This document shows positions 13,053 through 26,715 of a DNA stretch of 64,000 nt, in pieces (the first letter of the stretch is position 1; each line of letters begins with the position of its first letter). The stretch spans positions 4,729,976 through 4,793,975 of the forward strand of contig OZ316897.1 of NCBI GenBank assembly GCA_973895155.1, given 5' to 3'. Made by a program: the position numbers and the translations under genes. The DNA is from Marsupella aquatica. Lineage: Eukaryota; Plantae; Marchantiophyta. The notes below the pieces were generated by a model. It worked only from the letters and a program-made list of their open reading frames with translations. It had not been told where the DNA came from and did not search any database.

Positions 13053-14354
13053 TGACCATAACCAGGCCCGCGACCGACCCCCTGGTCACAAAGGCTGAAC
13101 TAAATTATACTACTACTAGTTGTCTTAGAAAATTCAAACCATGTTTGAGATATGCCCAATGTCATTTTCCAATTATTATTAAAAAAGTACGAGTTATCTG
13201 AAATTGTGTTGACGAGAGTGGTGCATCATGGAAGAATAATACCTCTGCGTCCAAGGACTGACGGGTTACTTGGATCACTATGCTTGTCATGTTAAGTCAC
13301 TCTCTAGCAATGTGTTTGTGGTTCACTATGCTTTTGGGCCAAATTGGCTAATTTGAGAGTGACATTGGGGTGACCTCAGCCCTGGTAAAAACAATTTTTT
13401 TACACCAGGCACTGTAGTCTTTTTACTACTCTGAGACCACTAAGGAAGCACTCTAATAATTCTCTTCACGACCATGTAAACAATTAGCAAGTAAGTATGC
13501 CGAAGAGGATGCCCTCATGGATTACCCTTCTTGAAGGTACTGTACCCAAATTGCCCATGACTATGTAGAAACTAATACATGGTTGCATGATTTTTGCCAC
13601 CCTGGAACAATAGACTGAAGTTGAATCCAATAATACCAAAGCCGCCTCTGGGTTTAAACTGTTAGCGGGAACCTAGTCTCCCTCACGATTTCCTACCCTC
13701 AAAAAGGTTATTAATTTACTTGCACAAAAGCGTCAAGTTAGAAGTTACAATTTGAATGCTAGACCTCGGGGTTCTGGCAGTTTCGACAACTTGAGGCACG
13801 ACTCAAATGATGTAGAGATGGAATTTTTTGGTCCTCTCTCATGAACCTTAGTGGCGGGCTTTGGGTCCCTGCTGATGAGCTCATTATTTGCAAAGGCAAA
13901 TAAAGGACAAAATAATTATTGTCAAGAAAGGTGCACCTTCATGTAGCAACATCAAATCCGGACCTTATGCACTCCCGTATGTATTGGGCAAAGAAGTGGG
14001 ATTAAGTGTGGATGAGACATGGAAAGATGCTTTAGGATTTAACATTGATCACACCCATGTACTTTAGCTCCACACAGTTAAGGTAGAGGTTAGAGCTTTA
14101 GATAGATATGTTAGAAGGTTAGCCAATCTTCTTGTTAAACCTTCCACCAAATTCTCAATCTTATATATATTTGATTCTAACTTATGTTATTGCAAGTATC
14201 ATGCACATATGACATCACTAAATATTATTTACCTTGTAGTTGTTATGGTTCTTCCAAACAAACAAAAACTAATGACCTCACTAGCTGCCAGTTCTATAAT
14301 AATCTTTCACATTGCAGGTCTACCAACTCCTCCAGTGGAGAGCTACTGTACAGT

Positions 14355-14720
14355 GCTGCAAAATCCATTCACGGAGCAAAGTGGTGGTCGACTGATATTA
14401 TGTAGACTCACCAGAGTCATGTCAAGGGAATCACAACGCTCTTAATGCAAAAGGTATCCATGAAGAGAAGTGGTGGAGGACTGATATTAACTAGACTCAC
14501 CACAGTTGCATCAAGAGGATCACAATGCTGCTAAAATCTCTTAAAAATGCAAAAGGTATCCATGGCCGGAGAGAAGTGGTGGTGGACTAATATTAGCCGG
14601 ACTCACCATAGTCATGTCAAGAGAATCACAACGCTGTTAAAGGTATCCATGGAAAGAAGTGGTGTTGGACTGAATAATAACCAGACTTACCACATTCATG
14701 TCAAGAGGATCACAACGCTG
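14355..14720 (-). repeat. Tandem array of four 83-106-bp units, each a 27-nt exon-like block plus a short GT-AG intron-like block
   Basis: Blocks 14717-14691, 14633-14607, 14527-14501 and 14438-14412 are each preceded by AG and followed by GTAAGT or GTGAGT on the - strand. Confidence 0.8.
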
Positions 14721-15693
14721 TTACAAATGACCCTACTAATGAAGGTTCAAAACTTTGAAATCTATGGTAGGTTGGACATTGAACATCACCAATTAGGCTT
14801 AAACCACAACTAACCATACATAAGACAAAAAATGACCAATTTACTTAGAACTACCAACAAAGTACAATGGAGTAAGACCGACAGAGGACACCACACCAAT
14901 TTCACCTCTCACAAGCATATTGTCCAGTTTGACTATTTCTTTGATGATGGAAGATTAAAGTCAACTTACAAAACTTGGGAAGCTACTAACCTAGTGTCAT
15001 CCAGGTACAATTTTTCCTTACAGGAAGTAACAGACAGGTAGCCAACAGAGCAAGCTCATGAGCCACTTCACACTATCCACAAACTTTCTACTAATTACCC
15101 GGTACTTGAACAATCGGTCCAGTGCAGTGCTTCTGGACTGACCATGTAGTGTAAGTCTAGTACACTTCTATGAAGGACTACAGAATTGATTAAACAACTT
15201 TGGGTAGTGTGTGAGAACATGACAGCAGCAAGAGAACGAGCTGATTTATGCAGAATAGTTACAAATAGGAAATTGAAGGTGTTTTTTGATTTTCTTCTGT
15301 TCATAAGAAAGTAGTATGAGACTATAGAAATGGGAAAGGCAAAAAAAGAAAGCGAGTGTGGAGCTTCTACACACCCATGCACACTTGAGCCCTTTATCGC
15401 AGACCGACAAGTGTGACAAGGCAAACAACAACTCCCCTAGGGAGGCCAAATAAACTAATAACCTAATGCAGAATAGAATTATAGCAAGGTTTTCACAACA
15501 ATAAAAGCAATTGAAGGATGCAAATCAGAATGCACACACATACGGAATCGAGGAAAATTTCAATTGCAATTCAAATAGAATGAACTGAAACTATCACAGT
15601 ACAAGATCCAAAAAGAATAATAAATATTTCCAGCCGGATCATTTGGATCACTTTACGCATATAAGGTGCACTCATCAATGAATAGTGTATTAC

Positions 15694-16110
15694 TTGCTTG
15701 GTTGAAGGGTCCAACCTTCTCTCATGCTTGGTTGAAGAGTCTAACCTTCTCTCATGCAAGTAAGGTAATATCTCTCATGCAAGTAAGGTAATATGCCCCT
15801 CAAAATGTTAAAAAAAGTTTAGGGGGCTTAATAGAAACTAAGTAAATTAAAAAAATTAAAGAGATTATCAAAAATGATTAAATTATAAATAATACGTAAT
15901 TAAAATACAAATTAGACTAAATTTACATAAAAATACATTTCAATCAAATTAAATGAGATAAGATAACCAAATAATATAGATCTAGAAAAAATAAACACAA
16001 TATAAGAATGATAAAATTTAGAGGATTGACTCGGCGCGATACAAGAGTGATGAAATTTAGAGGATTGACTCAGCACGATACAAGAGTGTTAAAATTTAGA
16101 GTATTGATCT
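15694..16110. repeat. Short tandem duplications (30-bp and 22-bp at 15694-15795; 39-bp at ~16010-16110)
   Basis: Duplicated tgcttggttgaag.gtc.aaccttctctca, ctctcatgcaagtaaggtaata and aaatttagaggattgactc.gc.cgatacaagagtg. Confidence 0.8.
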
Positions 16111-16769
16111 TTACAAGTTGCTCACAAATATAAATTAAATAATATTAGATTCATTACAAGCATTAAAGGATACATAAGAATGGGTACACAAACTAAATAA
16201 TTTGTGAACTTAACATTGGTATATTTGTCACCATAAATCCACTGCCAATTTTATTCCATCAAGTTATTTCATTAGGAGAGTACTTGCGGAGTGAAAGGTT
16301 TCAACTAGTAATATAAGCTTGAATACGTAGAAATAGATTTTATTTTTTCCACCCAAAAGAAAAGGCGCAGAACCAATTTCAGAGATTCACCTTCCCCCTG
16401 CCTATCCACTTGCACTCCAACTTCAACATCAGATATTTTGTATGAACTACTAAACAACAATGCCAAACCATCGACAGGAACATAGGGAAGGTGTAGAATG
16501 TAAAGAACTGCTAATAAACATAAACCCTCGATTGTTTTCACCTCAAATGTCCAAAGCTTGACTTGCAACGGTAATACTAGAGGCCCCAAGTTCTCTCAGA
16601 CGAAGAGCAATGTTGAACAGCACTAGAAATCAGAGTAATAACTGACGGAGAGGAATTGCCATGAATCCAGTACAATCTCGATTCCTTTTTGAATTGACCT
16701 CGACAGTCTCCTAACTGAAGGGTGTTACTAAGACAGACTTCCTCCTATGTAACCACATTCACGTGCTTA

Positions 16770-19700
16770 TCACTCGTCCGGGTCTTCTATGTCATCTTCA
16801 ACACACATCTTCATGAGAGGAGTTTCCAGTACAAAATGCTCTTGTTGCACCCCCTTCGCGTTTCGAAATTGTAAATCTAACTTATGCTCGTCAACATGCA
16901 TACAATCTTCAACCTCCATCATATGGGAGGCATCGACAGCGATTGCGGATGAACCAGAACGATCAGGCCCAGACAGGAGACGAGAAAAAGGGTGAACTTC
17001 CGTTGCTTTCGCTAGGCCATTATATGTTCTGGCATTAAAGATTCCGTTCAAACCTTGGGCTGACATCTCCATCTGTAGAAGATACGCAGAAGTTAAGACA
17101 CTCCAGATCACACTTCCAAATCAACCGTAAAAAATCATCTAAGGTCCTGTGAAATTAAGAGTTGCACTTCATCTGATCATATGAGTTCGACATAGCTTCA
17201 AAACAAGTTGCCAAGTTGCTTAATTCGAAGTTTAAAAAAACGGGCTATGCGTATGATTGGAAAGATTTGGCACCCAGCAACGAATTGAGAATACCTTCTT
17301 CAGTTTATTGCGTCGCTCAACTTGCCAGAGTGCAGGAGCTCTCAATGACTGCCACCTGTTACCATAGCAGATAGATATGTTCAACAGCAATACTTTCTCG
17401 AAGTCGAGAAGAGCACCATCACGGTTTTTGTACTTCTTACAGAAGACTTCAAATTTCTTCAGGTAAAAGTAGATACCTTCGTGGAGCAGGGTGACCATTT
17501 CCAAAGAGGACTCCGCGAGCTGCAACAGAATTGGCGCCCGCAATTGCAACTTGTGACGGATCAACATCATTTGAATGTGTGAAGATATTTCTCGAACGGA
17601 AACTTCCTCGTGCTCCAAGCAAGCAGTCCGTGTCACTCAAGTATGCGGCAACAGCGGCGACATCGTCCATCGCATCCTCATCAATAAACTGCAACACTGC
17701 ATAAAATTTTCGAATTAGTGACACGCGATAGAATCGTCCCTTCAACCTTATTAGCTGGACATTCTTCTCAATAAAAATCGATTTACCAACGAAAGCTAAG
17801 AAACTTAATTATCTTAATCCCCATAGATGATACTAAATTGGGATTGTCAAAACGCTGCAGAGTAATGAAAGGAGTCACTTGTGTCCAATTGAAGCAGATG
17901 GACACCAGCGAATGAGCAACGAATATTAGTCACACCGTAAATTAGTGCAGAAGAAAGTTACCATTCTCGTGAAGGAAGGCTAGAAGTGTCGCAGAATCTG
18001 TCTGTGCTTGTGAAAGAATTATTTCAGGCTCCTCCATGTCTAGAGGGTATCTACGAAATTCCTCTTTCACCTGTGAGGGCGTAATGGTCCCTGCTGAACT
18101 CCAGAACGTTCTTGTTAGTGGATGTCAAATGTGACCATCGAGGGAACCCGGAAGCTCAATTCAAGTTAGAGGGAAATTGCACCTGAACGAAGTTGCTCAT
18201 CAGTGAGCCTCTTATTGTGCAGAAACTTCCCCAGGGCATGGAAAAGAGAGAGGCTGTAGTCTTTACCCCCACCAATGCCAGGGTACAAGTTCTTGTTCAG
18301 GGTTGTTTCCTGACGAAGTGTCCCTGTGATCTGGAGATTTTTAGGATCAGATGGGCTACTGCCCAGACCCCCAGGATCCCAATGATGGACAGTAGGAGAA
18401 TGGCATCCAAGGCAAACAAACTGCAACGAAGTCAAAGCTTGGCGGATGTCCCCTGCGGAGCTCTCTGCGATCGCAGATATACTCTCAGACGAGATCCTAC
18501 ACTTCTCTACGAGTTGAACTTTGTTAAGAAGCTTCTTCATGGCATTAACAGTGACTGGATTGAAGGCAATCTGCAATAGGAAGTGGCATGCATCTGAATC
18601 AGCACCTTCAGTGACATTTTCAAACATGCTTTCTAAGCCAGACACACAACAGTCTGAAAGCTGTGTAGTGAATATCAGATTCTAATAACATTGCAATTGA
18701 GCAATTGAGCAGACTGACAGGCTGATGCCATCCGGTTCATGAGGCAGATGAAGGGTAAACACATCACTGCTAGCACTGCATTAAATGTTACGAAGTGGTC
18801 AGACCTTCTTAGCACCCCCTCTCTCCAAGGCTTCAAGAACATCCTTTGCTTGATCTCTTTCGCCTAGTCTTTCACTGGTGCCAATCTCCTCTGTTACCAC
18901 CACAAATGTGGGGAAATCACGAGACAAGGCAAGGCGGAACAAACAGTTGGCAAGCCGTTGTTTGTGTTCTCGGTCATTTACAATAGGCAGATCATCAATA
19001 AGCAGGACTTTGGCACTCTGTGACGGGGACACGACTCTGTCATCTCCTGAAAATGGTCTCACTCGCTCTGACGTGGACAGGGCAACTCGTACAATTGGCA
19101 ACGAAGACAGTTTTCTTCCTCTCTCTAAAAAGGCTTCAAATTCGTCAAGTTTGGAAACATATGTATCCCCTGCTCAGCAACAGAACACAAAATTTTTGTT
19201 AGCACCAGTGATCCATTGCGGAACTCTCCTGCTCGTGTCATAAGCGTAGTATATTAAGAGACCGCGGATGAGTCATAAAAGCTTGGAAGTTGAGGATCAG
19301 TTCTTTACCAGAAGCCGCATGGCGTGAGTACTCTTGCCAGAGCTCAGGTACTGGTGTTGTCCATTCAACCAATTCTACGCCCAAGACGTCAGCAAGAACA
19401 TGAACTACCGCCTGCCCAAAACCAATTGTCGAGTCTTAATGTGCTCTGGGATAGAACCGGTGCAAACTGGTGCTCCCACGTTACTGATAAACGAGCTTCA
19501 ACGCCTTCGATTATAATTTAAGACAATCCAAAGCAGGTCCTTTCAGACATGATATGGCTATATGACTACTTACGGTTTTACCAACTCCAGCGGGCCCAGC
19601 GAGTATCAGCACACGGCTGCCTGAAAGGGACTACAAAAAAGAATACACCATTATGAAGAGGAGAAAAGACCAGACTTTGTCCAGTTGTCCAATTTAACAC

Positions 19701-21861
19701 AACTCCAAGTACAGACCTACCAACAATCGCACCTAACCAACTCGCACCACTAATCTCATTCATTTCCCAGGTTCCATTAGCTGCAGGGCCCGTACCCAGC
19801 CCTTACCCCGTAGGGGTGCAGGAGTTGCCCTTGAAGCCATTCTTTCACTTCTGCAACCTGTCGTTACGCACAAACAGAATTAAAAATCCATAAATCCATT
19901 CAATATTATCCATATGAGATCCAGACTTCTGTGTACAGTACCCAACGTGGCTTCAAATAGTGAGTATAATCAGATCACACTCCGCTAAGGCACTTAAAAT
20001 CTGACAATTCTACACTGCCTGAAATTAGCTCAAAGTATCACCAAGCCCTACACGAACATGAGATATACATTCTCTGAACCTCATCGCTGAAAGAGAAGTT
20101 CAGGTTGCTTAAGTAGACATTCTCATTCACTAATGACATCATCTTGCAGTAGCAGAATATCCATTCGTGACGGCTGGATGTTTCATGTGATCGTCGCATA
20201 GCATGCTTACTTTTGAAACATGGAGATAATTGAAAGATACTACTGGAGGCATCTTAATTCTGAAAGAGGAAGGATAGAACCTCTTGCCGCTAGTTTTTCC
20301 TAAAAAGGAACAATAACAACCAAACTGTACAAGGGCATAATTTGCAAATGTCGCAAGGACAGCTGCTGGTCAACATCGTTAGAGCAATTAAAAGGCAAAA
20401 ACCTGCAGCTGGAAAACAAACACATTGAAATACCTTTTTTGTATGAACAACCAGGTCTCCCACACTTCTAGGAGTATACTTATCCACCCACAGTCTATAA
20501 TCCACCTCACATTTGAGACTAGGCTTCTGGTGATCTGCAAAACAGACAACCGTTTGCAGTCAAATTGACCTCTGTACGTCTTTCCCTCGCCGGGCCTCAA
20601 ATGTGACATGATGCAAACACTTGTCGTACGATTTGAAAGGTTCACGTCTAATCTCATCAGCTCCCAGAAGAGACTACAGGCTGGTCAAACACCTAAATCC
20701 AGCACTGGACTCATTCAAAGTACTGCTGAATGCCTTGGAAACCAGAGAGAGTAGGCGAGGAATGAAGGTATCTGCAGGCAAGTTTAGAAGCTGTCTCCCA
20801 ACGTACTCGAATTTTCTGAGTTCGCAAAACCTTCATTACGAGATACAATTCCAAGGCAAAGACAATTCTGAAAATTGACCAACACACCTAAACTCAGTAC
20901 AGTACGTCTTTCAAGACGCTTATCCGACCCACTAGCGTGTGCACCTTCAGGTTTAGCCGAATCTCTTCCTTTTCGACTTCTGGAGCTCTCTTGAGCTTTT
21001 GCAGTTGGCGTCGTGATGATTTCCAGAGGAAGCGTACCATGCCGGACATTTCTATTAGAGATCTTCCTTCCTGCCCGAGGTAAAAAACCAAAATGAATGT
21101 TCATGTTGCTGTATGTACGACATTCGTTCAAACAAACCCGACTCACAATGACGCAAACGTGTCTGATTGACAAGAGGGTGAAAACACAAGGTAAAGGGCA
21201 CAACATTTCGAACCTGATTCGAATAAACTGCTCACGGTAGGCTGCTGTGACTGCTCCCGTAGCTTCTTTAGTGGAGCAGTCTCCAATATCTGTAGTTTCC
21301 GTTTCGAACTAGTCTCCGATTTCACTCCAGTCTGCAAGCGAGGGAGGAACACAACAATATCAACCAACACTGCTGCATCCGCCGAGTCTAAAACTTTTGT
21401 TAAAACTTCAGTCAGATCGTATCCAAGTAGACTGTGCCCCGCCCGGTTACAGCATTGACTAATTATTGAGGCCAGGTAAGCTTCAGCACGACAAGAAACG
21501 CATTCGCTGCTTCGAGTTGGCCGTGCAGGTACAGAATCCAAAAACAGAAAGGGAGCGAGCAGAACAGTCTCAATTGTAAAGATACATGCTTGACCGGCGC
21601 TATAGAGATGCGATTTTTCGGCTTTTTCCTACTCAACAATTGGCGCGAATCAAACCAAAAAACGAGGAGATTTTTTTTTCCCCTCCAGAGGACAAAGGGG
21701 AAGGAAACTCGCACTCCTACCTGCACACTACTGGCGGCGACAGGACGAGTACGCGAATGACGAGCGGGGGAGCCACCATCCTCTCTCTTTCCTTCTTCCT
21801 CTTCTTCGTCGTCGTCGTCAGATTCCAACACAATGATCCTTCGACGGGGCCGTTTCGCCAT
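16770..21861 (-). CDS. RAD17: Cell-cycle checkpoint clamp-loader RAD17 (AAA+), ~13 exons, ~739 aa
   Basis: Exons 21861-21721, 21331-21214, 21070-20888, 20534-20434 (LWVDKYTPRSVGDLVVHTKK), 19857-19807 (VAEVKEWL), 19630-19574 (Walker A LAGPAGVGKT), 19411-19309, 19169-18805 (Walker B VLLIDDLP), 18570-18183 (IAFNPVT, GDIRQALTSLQF, LFHALGKFLHNKR), 18090-17962 (FLHEN), 17696-17477, 17355-17295 (WQSLRAPALW), 17072-16770. All GT-AG and in phase. The N-terminal exons are less certain; an extra exon near 20771 is possible. Confidence 0.93.
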
Positions 21862-24313
21862 GGTTCGTTCGTTTTCGAGGGCCTCGCCCTCGCCCTGGCG
21901 CTGGCACTCGAGCTTTTGGCGCGCAAGCTCGATGGAGGTGAACACCGCCGTATGACTTCTGCTCTCTTCGACTACCAGTCCGCTCTCCTCTCATCACTTC
22001 CCCTCTATGTTTCTCCTCGTCTCCCCATCCGCTCTCCTCCCTCCACTTCCCTTTTGGTTCACCACAGTAGAGTACTGCTCCCATCAGGATAATTGTTGGC
22101 ATTCTTTGCTAAATTTTAGTTATTGGCCCCATGGAAGTTCCATGATTTGTCACAAGCACGGGGTTCATCACTAAAGTTTAGCATGGTCAGTAAAACAAGC
22201 TTACATAACGAAGGGGTACTCCAACTAATTGAGTATTCTGATGGTGCCAAAAATTGCCCCAAAAATCGCCCCAGTCCAGAACTATTGTCAAAACAGTACA
22301 GTGTGAACGATATGCCAGATGTTAGTTAGAGCTTATCGTGATCACATAGCTTAGGTTTGGTCCCAGGCTCGATTAATGTTTTCTTTCTTTCTTAGCTAGG
22401 AACTGGTCAGCTGGCGTGAAGGAGAAATGCTTATAATATTAGTTATCATATTTTTTTGTAATAACAACTTTTTGTTAGATCTCCCTAGATTTAAAGAGCA
22501 CTACCATATTCTGGCTAATGGAGTTTGTGCTAGGTGTGAAACTAGTTGACTGAAGACAAAACCTGATTTATGCCAAAAGTGGCAAAGACTTTTCAGTAAG
22601 ATGAAATTTGACAATATTCTTTTACCACTTCAAAACAAGGTGGCTGTCATCTCGGATTGTACTCCTTCCAGGATCTGCCCATTCTCAAGTTTGTTCTTCA
22701 TCAATTTCATTAAAGGGGTCTTATCGGACCTCATGGAAGCTAAGAAAAACAAATTTACTGACACTAAGAGTATTAGCAAAGTACAGAAATTGAAGCCCAT
22801 ATGGACCTTCATGTCTACCAAAATGCTTGGATGTACTTTTGCAACCTGGATAAACTACAGTGAATCCCTAGTTTCTGCTCACTAACATATTTTGCACCAA
22901 TGAGTTTTGTGGCACAAATACTTGAGAGTCATATTTTGGAAATTTGTAAGTCTCTCAATTTGTGACAGGGTCACTCTTTCTCAAAATCCGGTAGGAACTT
23001 AGTGTCAACTTTTAATTGTGTATATAAGTTGAAAGACAAGTAGGTGTATTAAAAATCAATTATATTTAGTTCTAATAAGTTGATGCCACAACGGAGTTGA
23101 GAGAGGTTTCTGGTGGTGGTAGAATTTGATCCAAGGACGGCATGGGAATCACTGAGGGGCCCAAGAATTGGAGCCCTACATGAAGGCATCCTGGTATGGG
23201 GGGTTGGCCAGAGGCTCCACACAAGGCGTAGAACAAGGAAAATGGTTCAAACATAGGAAACATTGAAACTTAAAACAAGTGTTGCTCCACTAGTATTACT
23301 CCCAAAATGGTCATGTTTGGATTCATTTTGAAGCCCTTGATGAGCACTATGTAAACCGGGGTGTTTTGGTTGAGCTCAGGTCTCATACAACATCCTCCAA
23401 ACAAACCAGGAAGCCCACACACCCAAAAGGTCAACAAGAACTTGATGGTGAAACACAGAGGATCCAAATCCAAAATGAAGGGAAGATATGGAAAGTACTG
23501 AAACTTACAACAGATGTTGCTCCAATAGTGCTTCTCCACACATGGCATATTTGGATTCATTTTGAAGCCCTTGATGAACCCCATTACTCCATGGTCCAAA
23601 TCAGTCAAACTGATGATCACAATAAGGGAGAAATTGTGCCCCCAAAATGGCAAGACTAAGTGATCTGAGTGTAATGGTCGCGGCCATTGAAGGGCCTCAA
23701 TTGTATTGGGCCTGGATTTATTGAGGAGCTCTTGGCTGGCCATTTGGTGGAGGAGGCCACTGAGAGGAGGCCCTTTGTATAGACTTTGTACTTAGAAATA
23801 TTGGTTTTTCAACCATTTCAAAATCATTTGTGTAGGGGCTTGTTGGAAAAAGCTTCCCGACCTAAATCCAACAAGGTGTGGCACAACCCCAAAGGAGCTA
23901 AGATGGTTGAGATACAACCAATTACATATTCCTTGAAAAGAGAGTTTAGTTTGAGGTTGTACGGTGGCCAAGAAGAAACCCCTGGCCGCCCAGGCATGAG
24001 GCCATTGCACAAGGCAGATGACCTCTGATGTGGAGTCGTTCAAGTGGCCATGGTCGTACGGATGGAGTATCGGGGAACAATAGGTATCTGCTCGGGTATT
24101 GGCCAAACTTGAATAGCCATATCTTTGCCATTCAACATCCATTATGATAGCCATTTTTGGGGCAATTAGTGAGGAGATGGCCACCCGAATCTCCTCTCAG
24201 AAGTGGATTCTAGGAATATTATACTCTCAACAAATGGTGAGGCTCCATCATTGTATCATGGTGGATTGGTGGGCATGGCGGACTGTTGATAGGAAGTAGT
24301 TTACAAGGAGCCA

Positions 24314-25770
24314 ATAGTCATGGCACTTGACTACCCTACTACTTAGCTTTGGCATCGTTGACTCCAATGCCGAGCTCCTCTATGGTCCAAGTGTCCCAAA
24401 CGACCATCCAATGGGGACTACGTATGGGGCGACTCGTGGGCAATGAAGCAGAGGCAACATCTTGAGCTGGTGGCACACACAAAGGACTAGACTAGCATTG
24501 GGAGTTGTTTGGGTCATGGGAAGGGCCAAGCTCAAGGTGGACCATCTAGACCCTGAATAAATTTGAGTTTTGAGGGCTTGAGTGAAAGCTCCTCTTGGAC
24601 CCAAGGCCAAATAAGTTTACTTTATGTGCAATGGACGTGTGGCTCAGGATTAGCTATGTATTCGGGGCCCCCAACTAATGATGGGTTCTGAGGGACCGGG
24701 CATGAGCACCATGTTGGCCCAAGTACAACAGGCTAAGGCACTTCACTTATGAACGTCTAACTAGAAAATTATGGGCATAACAAGTTAGTTGCATGCCCAT
24801 GCAATCGGGTTGGAGTCCAGGATAGGGGACCAAAGTTGATCTGAGGGTGGTAGGTCTCCAAAAGCAAATGAGGGGAGTGCTGCCTCCCTGGGGTCAAGGG
24901 CAAACCCAAGTCATAAAGCGGTCATGTGACTAAAAAGGAAACACCATTCAAATGGAAACAACAATAACTTCTCAATGGGAAGTACTTTGAAAGACTTATC
25001 GGATCATTCTGTTTGAAAGCTCTCAAGTATGACTACATCCTCTTGAGCTCATTTGGGTCAACGGGTGCCTTTGGTTCTCAAGGTTTGCGGGGGTTATCTT
25101 GCTTGCTTGCCAAATCCTGCCGAAATAGCAACCAAGCTACATTCAGTTTCCCACAGGAGCTTGCATTGAGGAGGCAATGAAAACTAGGTGTGTGTGTTGA
25201 GGTCCAAGTGCATATTTCCCCTAGACTCTTAGTTGAGTTGGAGCCTTAGAGATAGTTGCTAGAGTCGGGGCCAAACGTACTAGTTTTGGCGTTTGGGACA
25301 AGCTTCGGGACAAGCTAGCTATTTGGGCTATGAGAATGTCTTGAATGCAAGGCAGTCAACTAGTAATGGATAGAAAGTGAGGAACCTCAAGTAGTATTGG
25401 GTAGAGGGGTTGTTCTGGACAAACGGTGGGTGTCGACCTTGACTTCAATTATGGCAAGGCCACATGGGCCGGAAGGTTCTATTTGTAGACCTACTTACTA
25501 ACAACTATTGAGCTTGAGGCAAGACAATGGATTCTAGATCATGATGAATTATTTACCGATGTGTTTGGTTGCCTATACATATACTGAGGACTGTTGAGCA
25601 ATTGTCGTGTTAAAGAGCAAGTGCGGTTTTGTATGGGAGATGTTGCTAGCAGTGATAGAGGCACCAAGTTTCTTGATCAAGGAGTCCGCGTAGGCATTCA
25701 GGCACCAAGGGTACTTAGGAAAGATTAATGGGATTGGTGAGGGTGCTGGGTGGCTAGGTCCACAACTCCA
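24314..25770 (+). mobile_element. Family Y repeat, ~1.46 kb, non-coding
   Basis: Collinear with reverse-complement copies at 50498-51935 and 54861-60593 and with partial + copies at 54537-54860 and 60594-61308. Shared end ggtgg..aggtccac. Confidence 0.8.
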
Positions 25771-26715
25771 ACAAAGGCACCATTGGCCATCCTAGGTAGG
25801 TAGAGGATGATTGGATACATGCCATATGTTTTAGGGTAGGATATTAGGTTTAGTGGCGATACAATGTTAGGTTTAGCAGGTGTGTTTGAATGTTTGTTTT
25901 TTGGTACTTAACAACAGCATCGGTATGTGCTAGGGGCTCATTGTATTGTTTGTTTTGGGAAGTTAGCATCTAGCAAAAGTAAGGTCTAAAGTAGGAAGGT
26001 GGGGAAGTAATGCTTTCCTAGTGATGCAAGGATTGGGCAAACAACAGGAGGCGGGGTTGCCCTTGCAATGTGTTATATTTGTTGGCCACCAAAAGATATG
26101 GATTTGGTTTGATTCAGTCTAAAAAATTGTCATGTTGTTGTCTCCCTTTATTACTATCATGTTCTTCCCCTAACTGTATTTTGCATGGATTTGGGACAAG
26201 ACTCACTAGGGTCACTAGCACTAACAAAATTGCTGAAAAACACTTGCATGGTTTGGTCGAACATGTGAGTAGAGGAAGTAGTAACAACACCCCACCAATG
26301 GCAAAGAGGAGTATATATGAATGTCACAGTCCAAAGGATGTTGTAGGCTTTACCCTTAGGTCTAGAGTTATGATTTCAACCATACCTAGGCCGACCTTAG
26401 TCGTAGACCTGGTTAGGTTAATCAAACTGCACACTCTGTACCCAACAATGCTTGCTTAAATAATGGGAACTTAGGATAGGAAGAACTTGTGTTGCGGAGA
26501 CTTCATATGGCCGACAAGCCTAGAGTACAATAAAGTTCTTGTGTGATCCTGTGGATGTAGCCTCATTTGAGATGAAGTATCACATAACTATGTCTCTCTG
26601 TCAACTACTTGTTCATTGGATGTTCATGCATGGGCATGCCGTTGTGAATGTTGTCTTTGCTCAACAACTTCATCAAAAGCAATGAAGACAATAAATAGAT
26701 TTGATGATCAAAAAT
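25771..26715 (+). mobile_element. Decayed 3' end of a family X relative, interrupted by an LTR
   Basis: aaggcacc.ttggcc, gggaagttagc, ccttgcaatgtgtta, ccaaaagatatggatttggtttgattc and the terminal ctt.atcaaaagc...atcaaaaat all match 32845-33440. Confidence 0.75.
26339..26666 (+). mobile_element. Solo LTR (TG...CA), same family as 34429-34796
   Basis: TGTTG...CAACA ends. Shared ttta.tc/ccttaggtctagagtta and gtgga.gtagcctc blocks. Splits host sequence that is contiguous at 33388-33410. No clear TSD. Confidence 0.7.

Noticed and set aside
14355-14720. CRISPR-like repeat-spacer array (also considered for the 20-21-bp arrays at 10775 and 52085)
   Set aside because: The spacers are homologous to each other, the context is eukaryotic and there are no cas genes. 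These are tandem repeats.
20693-20771. Additional RAD17 exon
   Set aside because: Good acceptor, but the obvious donor gives the wrong phase for the next exon, and the flanking exons join in frame without it.
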